Source: Cyanophora paradoxa CCMP329
Taxonomy: Eukaryota > Plantae > Glaucophyta
Direction: 5' to 3'
NCBI GenBank assembly: GCA_004431415.1
Contig: QPMI01000056.1
Span: 310,001 to 374,000 of the forward strand
DNA: 64,000 nt
A model generated the notes under the pieces. It was not told where the DNA came from and did not search any database. It saw nothing but the letters and a program-made list of their open reading frames with translations. Of this stretch, positions 1 through 12,286 are shown piece by piece. Made by a program: the position numbers and the translations under genes. Within the stretch, counting starts at the first letter, position 1. Each line of letters starts with the position of its first letter.

Positions 1-542
1 ACCTTTAGTAGCCTAGTAGCCTAGTAATAAAACTTTAGTACCTCGGGTTTAGTAATAAGTAGCCTAGTAGCCTACCTCGGGTTTAGTATACGATAAAACT
101 TTAGTAATCGGGCCTCCGATCCAGATCTAGAACGTAGAACTATAAAAATCCAGTATACAAAATATTTCCCGACTTACAGTAGGCTACTGCAGCAGTACTA
201 GTACTAGTACAGTAGTAGTACTGCCGAATCATGGCCGATTCGATCCCAGAGCCCCGTTGCTGCAAGCCTAGGCTGCCTAGCAACTTGGCAACTTGCTGGC
301 AAACGTTTTTTTTAACTTGCCAAGTTGCTGCCCAACTTCAGCACTGCGGCAGCCGAGTCGACGTCTGCGGAGCTAGGCCTGCGGACCCAGGCTGCGGTGC
401 CCCAGGGGCCAGACTGGCAGACTAGTGGCAGTCACCCGGTGACCAGTGCCACGCTGGCACGGTGAGTCACCAATGACTCACCAGTGAGTCACCACTGACT
501 CGCCACTGATCATGAGTCACCAGCCTGACACCAGGCCTACTA

Positions 543-810
543 CCGTGTGGCACTAAAATACCGCGGCATAAATTACCGCGTTAGAAACTCCGGCCCGAGG
601 GTGGCCAAAATACCGCGGTACCAAATTACCGCGTTTTAAAAAACTGGAGGCTTGTATGGGGCGGTAATATTAATTAGGGGGGGTACTGTATAAAGCGACT
701 TGCCTGCAGCTTAATACCGCGGTACCAAATTACCGCGTTTTAATAAATTCTCGGCGCGGTAATTTGGTACCGCGGTAATTAAGTGGGCGCGGTATTATAG
801 TGCCACACGG
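543..810. mobile_element. Non-autonomous TIR element (MITE), Tc1/mariner-like, TA target duplication
   Basis: TIRs CCGTGTGGCACTAAAATACCGCG / CGCGGTATTATAGTGCCACACGG (1 mismatch) with TA at 541-542 and 811-812; internal AATTACCGCG repeats. Confidence 0.85.
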
Positions 811-2227
811 TACTACTACTACGGTAGTGCACGTGCGGAGAATTCGAAACTGTCACATGCGGCAGCGCAACCGATTCGGTCCGCAGCATTCATTAGTCAT
901 TAGATCGGTATTAATATGCTATTAGTATTATGGTATATTTCAAAAAACGTTTGTGACGTACGCGCACCGTGGCGCATGCGCACGTGCACGTCCGCAGCGC
1001 TACTAGGCTAGCGCGACCACGACGTGCACGTGCTCGTTGACGTCAACGTCGGCTAATCGATACTGCAGACTGCAGTCTGCAGTAACGCAGCTAGCGAATC
1101 AGAAAAAAGCTGCGAAATAACTTTTGGGGGTGCCCCAAAAAAAGGCTTGCTGAGATTCTTGTATTAATGTGTTTGTCGCATCTTTTCGAGTTCGCGATTG
1201 GCCGGCAGCTTCGACGAATCAAGGAGCAAAGCTTTTAGCTTTTAAGTTAATTATATATATAACGTTTGCAATTGAAATTTGTCTCTTATATTTTTGCACC
1301 CAATGATAAATATTTAATTTAATTCAAAATATTGGGACCAATATTGTTTTTCTGCAAAGGGCCCCATAAGTTTTTTTCGGTTTTCGTTTTCATTTTCTAG
1401 AAACCATGGCCAAGGAGTCTATAATATATAGTCTATATCATAGTATAGTGAGTTCCAGTGTTCCAGTCTTCCAGATGGGACCCCAATCATTGAATGTCAC
1501 CCCATGGCCCATGGGGCCCGCATGATGGGCCCAGCTCAGATGGGGGTTTACCCCCATGCCTACCCCAAGCTAGAACTTCGGCTCGAGCCGGCTCTATAGA
1601 TCTGCTCGAGCCGAGCCGGCTTTCCCCGGCCGGCGCCCGCTGTACGTATACCGTAGTACATCATTTGCTTTTAAATAATCTCGGCTCCAGGGCCATGCGC
1701 TCTCTACTTGAGTCTTGAGCTTTCGTTTCTGTATATACGTACGATCTTCAGCACTCTATAGCTGCAGATGATAATCTTTCTGCAGCTGCCTCTCTTGTTT
1801 AATTTTCTGGAAGAGTCGGGCAGCTGCAGAGCTAGCTATAGCTATATATAGCTATCCCATTCACTGATCACGTGCACCTTACTAAAGTTTTAAGGTCAGT
1901 GATCATGACGCTTCAGACCTAGATACAGGCTAGAGGCTAGAGCTAGCTATAGTTCTCTGTTTGCTGAATAGTATATGCATTTTGCACTGCGGCAGCCGCC
2001 AATTGCAAGCCGCCGCCAAGGTTTCGAATTCTCCGCGCGCGCGCCTTAGTCCGGGACGGGCTACCCCCCCTAGGCCGACTCGAGCCGGGCTCGAGCCGGC
2101 TTGCGGCTGGAGCTGGCCGGCTCGAGCTGGCTCGAGCCGGCCCGCGGGGCTTTTAATTTTAGCTCGAACCGCAGCTCTACGGTCTCTACCCCAACTTGGT
2201 CCCCAAGCAATTGCCGTACTACGGTAT

Positions 2228-2659
2228 TAGGGTTACCGCACCGACAATTCGGAGCTTCGTCAGATGGTCGTCAATGTCGAATGTCGGTGCGGTGTCGGCG
2301 AGGACGACCGACATGTCGAAAATAATGATTAAAATAATCCATTCTTTAATAGTTTTTAATGCTTTTCTCGCCCCCTCCCTGCCGTCGCCGGCCCGTCGCT
2401 CACCTAGAACCCACGCTTCACTGAGTCAATGGATTCCTAAGGTGGGGAATGTGTTGAGACATGCTTAGAATAACTTCCTGGAGCACCAGAAGCCTTAAAA
2501 TATAATTATAAGACGTAAAACCTGCCAGAGATGGCCCCCCCCCCCCTTTAAAAAAACAATTTCGACATCGCACCGAAATCCACCTGACATTCGACATTGT
2601 CGATGTCGGAGCCGACTCGGAGGCTGGGGGACCGACATTACCGTCAGACGGTAACCCTA
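2228..2659. mobile_element. hAT-like MITE with 8-bp TSD
   Basis: Termini TAGGGTTACCG...CGGTAACCCTA; exact TSD TACGGTAT (2220-2227, 2660-2667); subterminal CGACA/TGTCG repeats; related inverted copy at 52908-53338. Confidence 0.9.
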
Positions 2660-2693
2660 TACGGTATACGTACGCGTGGTGCCACGGTTGCTA

Positions 2694-2945
2694 CTGTAAA
2701 ACGAGAAATGTCCGGCGTCACTTTATTTCGGCAAAACCCGAAAAATGCGCCGAAATTGTGGTTCGTCTGCATCATATTTTCGGCAACACAGACAGTCCGC
2801 CTAGGCGGCGGGTACATTGATCCCTCTTCTTCCATACATCTGCACAATTCTGGCAGTTACAATTGCAAATATTCGGCGCCGCGAGGCTATGCCGAATAGC
2901 GCCGAATATTAAGTTCTGCCGGACATTTAATTTCTCGTTTTACAG
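2694..2945. mobile_element. MITE, Tc1/mariner-like, TA target duplication
   Basis: TIRs CTGTAAAACGAGAAAT / ATTTCTCGTTTTACAG flanked by TA on both sides. Confidence 0.85.
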
Positions 2946-3374
2946 TACGGCTAAAAAAGCCGTCCTACCGTAGTACATGTACAGCCGTACATTTACAGCC
3001 GACTCGGACGACTCGTGACGACACCGACGACTCAGTGACGAGTCGTCTACGCGTCTGTCGTACGCAACATGCACCGTAGTACAGCCGAGCCAAAACGCGC
3101 GCGACGGAGCGCTAGCCCCTATTGAAACGACATAATTAAATAAAGTGCACGTGCGTACCTTAATACATTGTTACACGGTAAGCTAGCTACTGCAGTGACG
3201 GAAGCTAGCTACTGGCCTACTGCAGTATAGGAAATTCAGCCCGTCAAGTTGGCGCCACGGCCATCCTGCTGACTCATGCCTTCGCGATCGGCGCAGGATA
3301 TCACTTCGATCCGGCGCATATATCCTCTTCAAGGGCTGCAACATCGCTTTCGAATTCAGGGGCACCTTCGCCAC

Positions 3375-3750
3375 CGCTACGAGTTGGCGCCTAGGAAGAA
3401 AATTTCCTGGCCATGGGCGAAACTGGCAGATCCTGCCCTTATGTAAATTAGGTACCTGGTAGATTCTAGTAGCTACTTGGTACAGTCCTAGTAACCGCCG
3501 TCTAGTAACTGCCAACAGCAGCTTTTATATAGCATGCGAAATATACCGTCACGTGCCCAATCAGAAAACACTGGCATTTTCAAGTCGAATTAGTACGGGG
3601 AAAACGCGGGCACCTGGCAACACTAATCTGACTCGAAACCGGGCACCGGGCGGCCATTGGTCGAGAGCTCTGCCGAGTCGAGTCAATCAACTTGACTCGG
3701 AAAAAGGTTTGTATGGCGGAAATCGCGCCATAGAGCCATAACTCGTAGCG
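3375..3750. mobile_element. Non-autonomous TIR element with CGCTA termini and 3-bp TSD (CACTA/CMC-like)
   Basis: TIR CGCTACGAGTT / AACTCGTAGCG; TSD CAC (3372-3374, 3751-3753); internal motifs (GTGCCCAATCAGA, GTCAATCAACTTGACTCGG) shared with 53339-53779. Confidence 0.85.
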
Positions 3751-6366
3751 CACGCCTGGATGCCGCCCCCGCTCCGGTCCAGGTCCCCCAGGCACATGTA
3801 CACCACGCGGCTGCCGAGCCGCGATATCTTTTCAGATTGATATTCAGATATATAAAGTATCGTTCGGATCACATTAATATTGCATGATCATGACGTCGAC
3901 ATTCGACCCGCAGACGTCGACGGGAGGGGAAATTTTCTTGGACTTGCCCAGGTGCCATACCAATCCAGAAGAAATTCTAGCGGAGCACAGTGAGCGATCG
4001 GCGCAGAAGCGAGCACGTCTGAAGTGCATTCTAGATCAGGCGAGATCGAGGATAATTTAACTTCCGCGCGAAAGCCGCTCTATGCAAAAGTCGGCGCTCT
4101 CCGGGGCCGCGCCCCGGCCCCCTCTTCAGCCCTCGACAGCGCAAGGCAGCTCAAGGCCCGCCCAGGCCTCCCCGCTCCCCCCAACTGCCCTTCCCGGGAC
4201 TCGCAACGCTGGGGCAATAAGACGCCGGCCGGGCGCACTGCTAGCTCGGCTAACCCGCCGCGAAACTGGCCGGTTCCTCTTCGAATTCGTGTGGCCGTAG
4301 CTGCAGGAAAATCTCGTACCGCATCCGCGCGATAGTGAACATCAAATATGTATTAAGAGGCGTCCTATCGCATACTAAACGCTTCACTTCTGCGCCAATC
4401 GCTTCTTCCAAGTTTATTAAGCCAAATCGTCCAGAGTGCCCTTCAACGTTAAAAAGACTGGTGATCGTGAACTCTGTAATAGTATTCTACTTAGTATAAC
4501 TAATTGCTAAGTCGAAATATTGTATCGATCGTAGTTTCTTGACAAAACCAAGTTGTTTTTAATAGACTACCGTAGTACGGCGGGGCGAACCCCCCCGGAG
4601 GTAGTAATACTTGGTCTTCGACTCGCCCCCGCCCCCGCTCGTCTCAGGAGGTGCAAGGTGGGGTCTAAAGTAGGGGCGCCGGCGTTGACAGAATACAACA
4701 ACTAAGTAATGCGCATGCTCAGCGGCTATCTAGATCTTCGCTCGCTAGGCGTAGGCCTGGGCCTGCGCGCAGCGCGCCGCCGCCCGCGCCTCCCCCCGCG
4801 CGCCGGTGCCCGGAGAGCTGCGCCGCTGCCCACCGCGCCCCGCCCCGCCCGCCGAGCCGCTGCGCCCCGCCGCGCGCCACGCCCCGACCCGCCCCGCCCG
4901 CGCACCGAGCCGCGCCGCCGCGCCGCGGCGCGCCGCGCCCCCGTCCCGCAGGCCGAGCCGCGCCGCCGCCTAGGCCTGCAGCTGCCGCGCCGCGGCGCCT
5001 CCACCCGGCCGACCGCCGACCGCGCCGCCTGGCGAGCCGCGCCGACCGCGGCCGCTGCCCGATCGCCCCGCCCGTCACGGCGCCGGCCTCGCGTCGCGCA
5101 GCCGGCCGCTGCGCGCTCCCGCGTGCCGCGCCCGGTAAGCCAAGCAATGCATGTACACGCGTACGGCGAGTCGACGTCGACATCGCGGAGGGCGACATGT
5201 CCAGCTAGGACCGCGCGGGCCAGGCGCGGGGACACGGGAGCTCGAGGCCTAGGGGCGGCGCGCGCTGCTCGCCGGCAGAGCGCTAGCGGAGCGCGCGCGC
5301 GGCGCGGCGCCCGGCCGCGGGCGGAGGCGCGGCGGGCGGCGGCGCGATTATGCTTAGCTGCACGCTGCAAGGCTGTAGGCTGCCGCGGTGCAGCCTGGCA
5401 TGCAGGGTGGCTTCGTTGCGCCGGCAGTGGCCCGGCACTATAGCTAGCAACTCGGCGGCAAGCTGAAGGAGCCGGCAAGGAGCTTTGCGCGGGATACAGC
5501 AAAAAGAGACGTCCGGTGGTGCCGGCCTTATCCACAGCGGGGTACCACAAAAAGACTTATCGGTGACGGCAAAAAGTCCGACTTGCGAACTGGCCGACTT
5601 GGACAGCGTGACAGACAATCCGACGGGTAGCAAGGGGGGTTTGAGCAGCTGACCCCCCCTTGCAATTAAAGGATGACAAAGTGATCACAAATAAAAAAGA
5701 AAGCAGACAATCGCAAGACACATAATCAAGAGAGATCGCGATATATAGAAGGGACAAAATCGTTAGAACGAATTAAAACGACTCGATATCGATATCGACA
5801 CAAGCACCGTGGCACGATCACTCAATCATGAATTGACTTCCGATCGTGGCAGGTCGAGATTATGTCCCCGTCTAGCCCCGGCGTCGCGTGCCCCGCCGAG
5901 GACGCCCCCTTAACTTTAGTAACGAGCCGCTGAGCGCCAAAGCTCCGATGCAATGCGCCTTCCTTTGCCTGCAATTCCGCACATCGTACATTTTTGTGTT
6001 CATCCAAGCTGCTGACGCAGCGCGAGCCGTGCAGCCGCTGAGCGGCGCCGGCTCGAATTCCCTCCTGTAATTTGAGCGCTGCGGAAGCCGCGCGCACTCG
6101 CGACTACGCGATCGCGAGCGGTCCCTCCTCGTGCGCTCGTACGCGTCGCCGAGTCGGCCTCTCTGCCTCATATGCATGAGGACTTATATATGAACCGTTG
6201 AACCGAGTAACTGGGGCGCCGCGCGGCGCAGGGTGCTGCATTCGCGTCCTATCCGGGACGTCGTCGGGTTACTATTAAGTTATGACGTCGACGTCGTGTT
6301 CCGGAATTCGAACCCCGGCCCACGATCGAGTTCCAGCCCTCCACCCGCTTCAAGGTCCGCTGCCCC

Positions 6367-6500
6367 GGGCCCGCGGCCCGGCTGCGCGAGCGACCACGGC
6401 TTGCAATTGGCACCGATGCTGCGCGACCACGGGCCCGATGCTGCGAGCGACCACGGCTTGCAATTGGGCCCGCGGCCCGGCTGCGCGAGCGACCACGGCG
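6367..6500. repeat. Local degenerate tandem duplication
   Basis: GGGCCCGCGGCCCGGCTGCGCGAGCGACCACGGC occurs twice, and GCGACCACGG(CTTGCAATTGG) units are repeated. Confidence 0.7.
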
Positions 6501-7438
6501 GGGGGAGGGGGGGGAGGGGCGGGGGGGGGGCGGGGGGGGGGGAGGGGTGGCGGGGCCGGCATGGGGCCCTCTTTGGCAGGGCCGCGCCGCGGAGCCCATG
6601 GCCAGCTGCAGGCCTTGGTCTGGCCAAATGCTAGGTCAGGCCTAGGTCTAGATCTAGAATCTAGATCTGCTGGCCATATGCATGGCGAGCTCCGGACTCT
6701 AGATCTCCGGGATCCGGGATCCGAGGCTCGAGCTCGAGGGCGAGGGCCGGCGCCGGCGCCGCCGGCGCCGGGCCGGCGCCGCGGGTGATCGCGAGCCTTA
6801 AGCATGGATCATCGGATCCGTCGGACGTCGAATTCGAAGCCGTCGCCAAGCTTACTAAGTTAAATTTGAAGTCGACGATTTGAATTCGAAGTCGATTTAA
6901 AGCTGGCGCTAGGTGCACGCGCCGCGCGGGCGGGCGCCCGGCCGGGGCGCCGGCGTGAGCGATCGCGACATCGATCACGGCTTTAAATTTGCTGCCGCGG
7001 CCGCGGGCCGCAGAGCGCGCGACAGCTGCAGCGCTAGCGCGCTGCAGGCTGCAGCGCTATATATAGCGCGCGCGCAGATCTAGGTGCCCAAAGCTAAGCA
7101 GCTCGAGCTGCTCGAGCCCACTAGCTGTTAACGTTAACTTACATTAGTAGAAACGCGTACGTGCACGCGCCCACGCGCGCGCACGAATTCGAATTCGAAG
7201 TTCTCCGGGATCCCGAGTCCGGAGTGAGTCCGGAGTCCGGACTCCGCCGGATATCGATCCGGATCCCGGATCCGAAGGAGGGGGAGGGGGGGGGGTGAGC
7301 GAGGGGGGAGCGGGCCGGCGATCTCTGTGTACCCAGTTAAATCTGCCAGAAGGCGGTCTGCAAGAAGTTCGTCGGCGTGCGTACGCGGCGCCATCAGCAC
7401 CGGACAACCTCGGCAGCTCAAACACCGGCACCGTCTCC

Positions 7439-8633
7439 ATGGCCGCTACCGGCCGCACCTCCGCCTTCGTCGTCCCTGCTCCCGCGCTGCGCACAGCGAC
7501 GGCCGCCGCTCAAGCAGCGGTGTCTGCATGCTCTGTTCCCGTGAATGTGCCGCCGTTGACCCGGGAGGCGGCCCCTGGGCCGCTCCGCCCGAATCGGCAA
7601 CTCGCTGGCGCCTCATCGGAGAGCGCGTTCTTTGGTACCGCCGTTGCGCGAGCGACGCTTCTTTCTTCAAGTACGTTCACCGTCTCACCGTCCGGCATCG
7701 AGGTGCGGAGCTGCGCCCGTCATCTGGTCTCCGCGCTCGGATCCCGGAACGTCACTGACACGGCACGGCAGCTGCAGGCCCACGCGTGGCGCGAGACGCA
7801 TTCCTTCGACTTCGACGCGTCCCGGCTCGCTCCGCCTCGCCTTGCTCCTCCCCGCTCGGCCTCGCCGCCGCCGTCGCCGATATCGATCGCGAGCTCCAAG
7901 CGTCCTCGATCGACTTCCCCGTCCCCGACGGAGGCTCTCCTCGACCGCGCCAGGTCCGAGGACGCTCTCTTCGAAGGAGTGAGCGCATTCCCGCTACACG
8001 CATGCGCGATTTCCGCCGCCTCTGATCGTTTGTTGCTTTCGCCCCGTCAGAAGGCCGAGGTCAAGAAACAGTCCCGGAACTCGCTCCTCCTCTCCTACGC
8101 CACGCCTTCCGGGGTGCGCCAGCGCTCCCCACGTGTGCATTCGATACGCGCGGCCCCGGCGCCCGGCTTATTCAATCCCGGGCCGGACCGCAGGACTTGC
8201 GCACGATCTCCGTGGCCGCCCGCACGGCGCGGCCCCGCGCGGGCGGCCTGGACGTGCGCTCCGCCCCGGCGCTCTCCACATTTGATCTGTGGGCCTTCCA
8301 TGACCCGTCGGACGGCCGCCTGGTGCGCCAGGATCTCAGATCAAATCTCCCATCAACGCCAACTGACCCGCCCCGCGTTCGAACCCGCAGCTCGTGTGCA
8401 CGCACAACTGGCTCGTCAACCTCGCCTCCTCGAAGGGCGTCGTGCCCGAGTGGGCCCTCCGAGCCGCCGGCGAGCTCGGCGACTGCATCTACCTAAAGGT
8501 GCTTACTTATAACAAATCAATTCTTCATCTCTTAACACACTCTAAGTAACATTTCCGCGTGCAGGCCGGGGAGCCCCTCGCGGCTGCCGCCCTCCACGCC
8601 CTTCTGGACCGTACCCTAGAGTTCCTGGAGTAA
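7439..8633 (+). CDS. Hypothetical protein, 6 exons, with a plastid transit-peptide-like N-terminus
   Basis: Five phase-0 GT-AG introns give one continuous ORF, MAATGRTSAFVVPAPAL...SESAFFG...LVCTHNWLVNLASSKGVVPEWAL...ALLDRTLEFLE*; Ser/Ala/Thr-rich N-terminus with an early AFV motif. Confidence 0.6.
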
Positions 8634-10039
8634 AAACAGGAGCCGGTACCCCGCGGCCGGCTGGCGGCCTTGCAAGGCACGTGCACGCGGACGCAGATCG
8701 CTGTCCCCTTCGAATCCGTTGTATCTCAGCGGCCACGGTTTTTCCGGTTAATTTTGGCGTAGGCTGATATCGATTCGCTTGAGACTCTGAGAGACTGCGT
8801 TGTAGATTACTATCCCATTCTTGAACAGCCCTATTTATTTCCACCCTTGACCATTCCTGAACAGCTCTATTGATTTCCACCCTTGAACAGAGCCCCCTGA
8901 ACAGCTCTAGCCGCCAGGTTGTGCAGTGTGAACGTTTCCTCTTATCTTATGTTTCATTAGGCTGTGATTGCTTTCCGAAGTTCCGAGGCCCAGTCAATCA
9001 CAGTGCAGATGTAGATTTTTCCTGCTCTCTGATCCAGAAGGCTCGCCAATGTGCCATCCACTCTCCCCATAAAGCTTAGCAGCTGAAGCTTTAATTCTCA
9101 GGCCTGTCTATGTCTGCTTCCCGTAGGCTGCTCGGCCATGCCAGGCTGCGGAATCAGTCAATACAGATATCGCAAGACAAGATTATCTCCCAAATTAAAA
9201 TTGAACAAGAGTGCTCGGCACTGCGGCTTCCGAAGTTCCGCAATATAAATAAGAATCGCAAATGAAACGGGATGCCTTCCGGCCTCGGGATTAGAAACAA
9301 TTGCGATCGCGAGGCCTAGGGCTAGGGCTCGGGCTAGGGCTCGGGCCCGAGGGAAGGGTCCAATGCTATCGATCGCGAGCGTCCCTTAGTCCTTCCAACG
9401 CCGGCACGCGCACGGCGAGCTCGAGCTTGGGCCCCCCTTCGAATTCCCACAAGCGTTCTGTGCACGTGATTGTGATTGATTAATTGTGAGCGACCTGAAC
9501 CGAATGACCGGATCACGGACCTCTGAAAAACCAAATTAAACTCTTGCAAGCCCAAGAGGCTCCGGGGATCCGAAGCCGGATCCCGATCGCCCCGCCGCCG
9601 CGGCGCGCTGGCCATTTGCATGGGACGGGCCGCCGCAGTGCGCGGATCGGATCCAGGCCAGGGGCATTAATTCGAAATTGACGCTTGAAGGAACTCGAAA
9701 TCAACTGATGATTAATTAACCGGCACAGCGTCTGTTGAGAAGGCTATACACTACAGCTACACTGAAAGACTATCTGAAGCCTGATAGCGCTATAGCTATG
9801 ATATATGGAAATATACACATTCAGACACATAATAAAAGGCCTCGCGTACTGCGATAATTCATGGCGATAGAATTGCGCGAAAACGAAGGAAGGAAAGGGG
9901 AGGGCCGCGACATCGATGGGGGCGACCGGGCCGGGCCGGGCCGGGCCCAGGCCTTGGGCCCTTGGATCCTCCGCGCCGGCCCCGGGCCCTGCGGCCACTG
10001 ACGCGGCGGCGGGTCCGACGTCGACGGTACCCGGCCCGG

Positions 10040-12152
10040 TCAGCCGCGGTACTCGTCCCCGCAGTCGCCGGCGATGGGGAGCAGGCGCCCCGCCGCCCCT
10101 GTCAGCCGCGCCCGGTCCGCCTCGTCCAGCTCGAGCGAGAAGGTTCGCGCGTTCTCCTCCACGTGCTTAGAGACCGAGAGGCGCGCCCCGACGCAGGCCC
10201 CGGCCACGTTCGGCTGGTCCAGCGCCCACCGAACCGCCACGTTCGCGATCTGAGGCGGGCCGGAATGGATCGGATCAGGTCAGATATCGATCTCATATGA
10301 GCCACGCACCTTCACCGAGTGCTTCTTTGCCACCTCGTCGCACGCGCTGCGCGGGAAAGAAAGGGGGATGAATGAAGTGCTGCGGGGGTACGCGTTTCGA
10401 ACTGGGGGGGGGGGTACCGGAGCAGATCCTGGAAGGTCTGCCAGCCCCCCGCGGCGTCGACGAAGCGCTTGTACTTGCCCAGGCTCCAAGAGTTCAGCTG
10501 AGCCCGCCCCGGCTCCGGCGCCCCGAGGAACCTGTACCCCGTCGAAACTCTAAGATCCGGCAGCCCGGCCGGAGGGGTACCGGTGCGAGGCCTCGCACCG
10601 GTCGGTGAGGAGGCCGCCAGCGAGGCAGCCGTACGCCATAAGCTTGACGCCGTGCCGCTCGCAGACCTGCGGGCCGGGAGGGGTAGAGCGCGTTAGGGAA
10701 TCGGAAGAAACTCGCCGTATCCCTTGGGGGGGGGGGGGGGGGGGAAGAAAGGGGGTGTACTCGCCCTGGACATGGGGCCGAGGGGCCGCCGGTCGACGAG
10801 GCTGAACTGGACCTGCGAGGGGGTACAGGCTCGGTAACAGGAGACTCGGGTTGGGGGGGGGAGGAAGGAGGGGGTAGGGAGGGCGGGTGGGGGGGGGGGG
10901 GGGGGGGCGGAACCTGGTTCGAAACGATCGGGATGCCGGCTTCGCACTGAGATCGAGTGATGAGCGTTAGCGGATGAAAGGGAGAGACCTAAGGGGGGTA
11001 CGGTCCGCGCACGATCTTGTCCACGTGCTCCGCATCGAAGTTCGTGAGCTGCGCGTGCGCGCGCACGTGCACCGTCAACCACCGATTCCATACAGGGGTA
11101 CTGGAACACCTAAGCGTCAAGGGGGTACGCCCGCACCGCGAGGTGCCGGATAACGCCCTCGGACTGCAGGTCGGCGAGGTGGCGAAGCGCGTCCATGTAG
11201 CGGCTGTCCCCGTAGTCCCACCTGCGGGGTCGGGCGAGACGTGGGTTTGATTCCGACCGGGGCCCGTTTTTCGAACTGCGAAATCGAACCAGTGGAACTG
11301 CATGACGTCGATGCAGTCGGTGCGCATTCGATCCAGGGACTTCTTAACCTGCAGGAGGGCGCAGATCAGCCAACACCGGGGCAAGACAAAGGGCGTCTTG
11401 GAAAGGGGTACGGGTCGGACCGCGGCCTCGACGACGCTGCGGGTCATAGGGGACGGCTGCCGCGCGGCCCCCCGTGAGTCACGGCCGTGATCGGCGCGGG
11501 GCCCCCGGCTCAGCCGAGGCTCACCTGAGGGACCCACTTCGTCATGCACACGATCTCTCCCAGGCGGTCCTCTCCTGCCGCCCGCGACCGAATCCAATCA
11601 GAATCGGGCTTCGGGCCGCCCGTTGGCTCCAGAATTTCGAAGCTCGCCGCGCACCGTATCTCTCACGGAATCGGGTGCGGAATTCGCCCATGAGATCCTC
11701 GGCGGGCCCGTAGTGCTGCGCGAGCCGCGTCAGCGAGCGCGGCGTAGGGGGGTCCAATTGCAAGGGTCCGCGGGCGGGGCGCGGGCGGCGCACGTCGGCG
11801 CCGTCGAAGGTGTTGAAACCCGCTTCGTAATACTGAAACATCTGCGCGGCATTCGCGTCGGGGGCGAATCGCATGGACCGGCACGTGCGACGCCGCCGCC
11901 GCCGCGCGCGCGCTGCCGATTTCATTGCCCGCCCCGGCCGGGGGCTCATGGTGGCGCGCGATACGCCTACGCACCTCTGCGACGGCCGCCGTCGGGTCGA
12001 TCTGGCCGGGGCCATGCCGCGGCGACGTCTGCCAGAGTCCATCTGACGCGCGGGGAGGTCTGGTTCCAATCGCGAGGCATCTAAGCACATGCATGCGCAC
12101 TGATGATAGGACACACCGAGAGCCGGCCGAGCTGCCGGCGAGGGGGCGCCAT
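10040..12152 (-). CDS. Aldo/keto reductase (plant/cyanobacterial subtype ending GDCGDEYR), multi-exon
   Basis: Spliced motifs CPIINGLWQTS, GFNTFDGADHYGPAE, IDVMQFHWWDY, LTNFD, SNQVQFSLVDRRP, LMAYG, VAVRWALDQPNV, GDCGDEYRG*. Confidence 0.9.
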
Positions 12153-12286
12153 TCAGTTTTGTTGACCCCGGTGACCGGTACCCCGGCCGGACACAGCCCG
12201 GCGACAGCCGCCGACGCAGCCGGGAGACCCGCAGCATCGCGTGTTCGCGCTAGCTAAAGCGTTGGAGACGTTCGGAGTCGCCGGCG

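Noticed and set aside
1-110. TTTAGTA / GCCTAGTA repeats resembling a telomere
   Set aside because: No regular TTAGGG or TTTAGGG array; irregular low-complexity patchwork
4709-7100. Long Arg/Ala/Pro/Gly-rich ORFs on both strands
   Set aside because: Expected from extreme GC content and low complexity; no domain motifs or coherent exon structure
9219-9640. CACTGCGGC...GCCGCAGTG as a CACTG/Transib-like element (motif also near 342, 1986, 15520 and 32045)
   Set aside because: Only a 9-bp IR and no exact TSD (CTCGG vs CGCGG); may be a real TE terminus but the boundaries are unsupported
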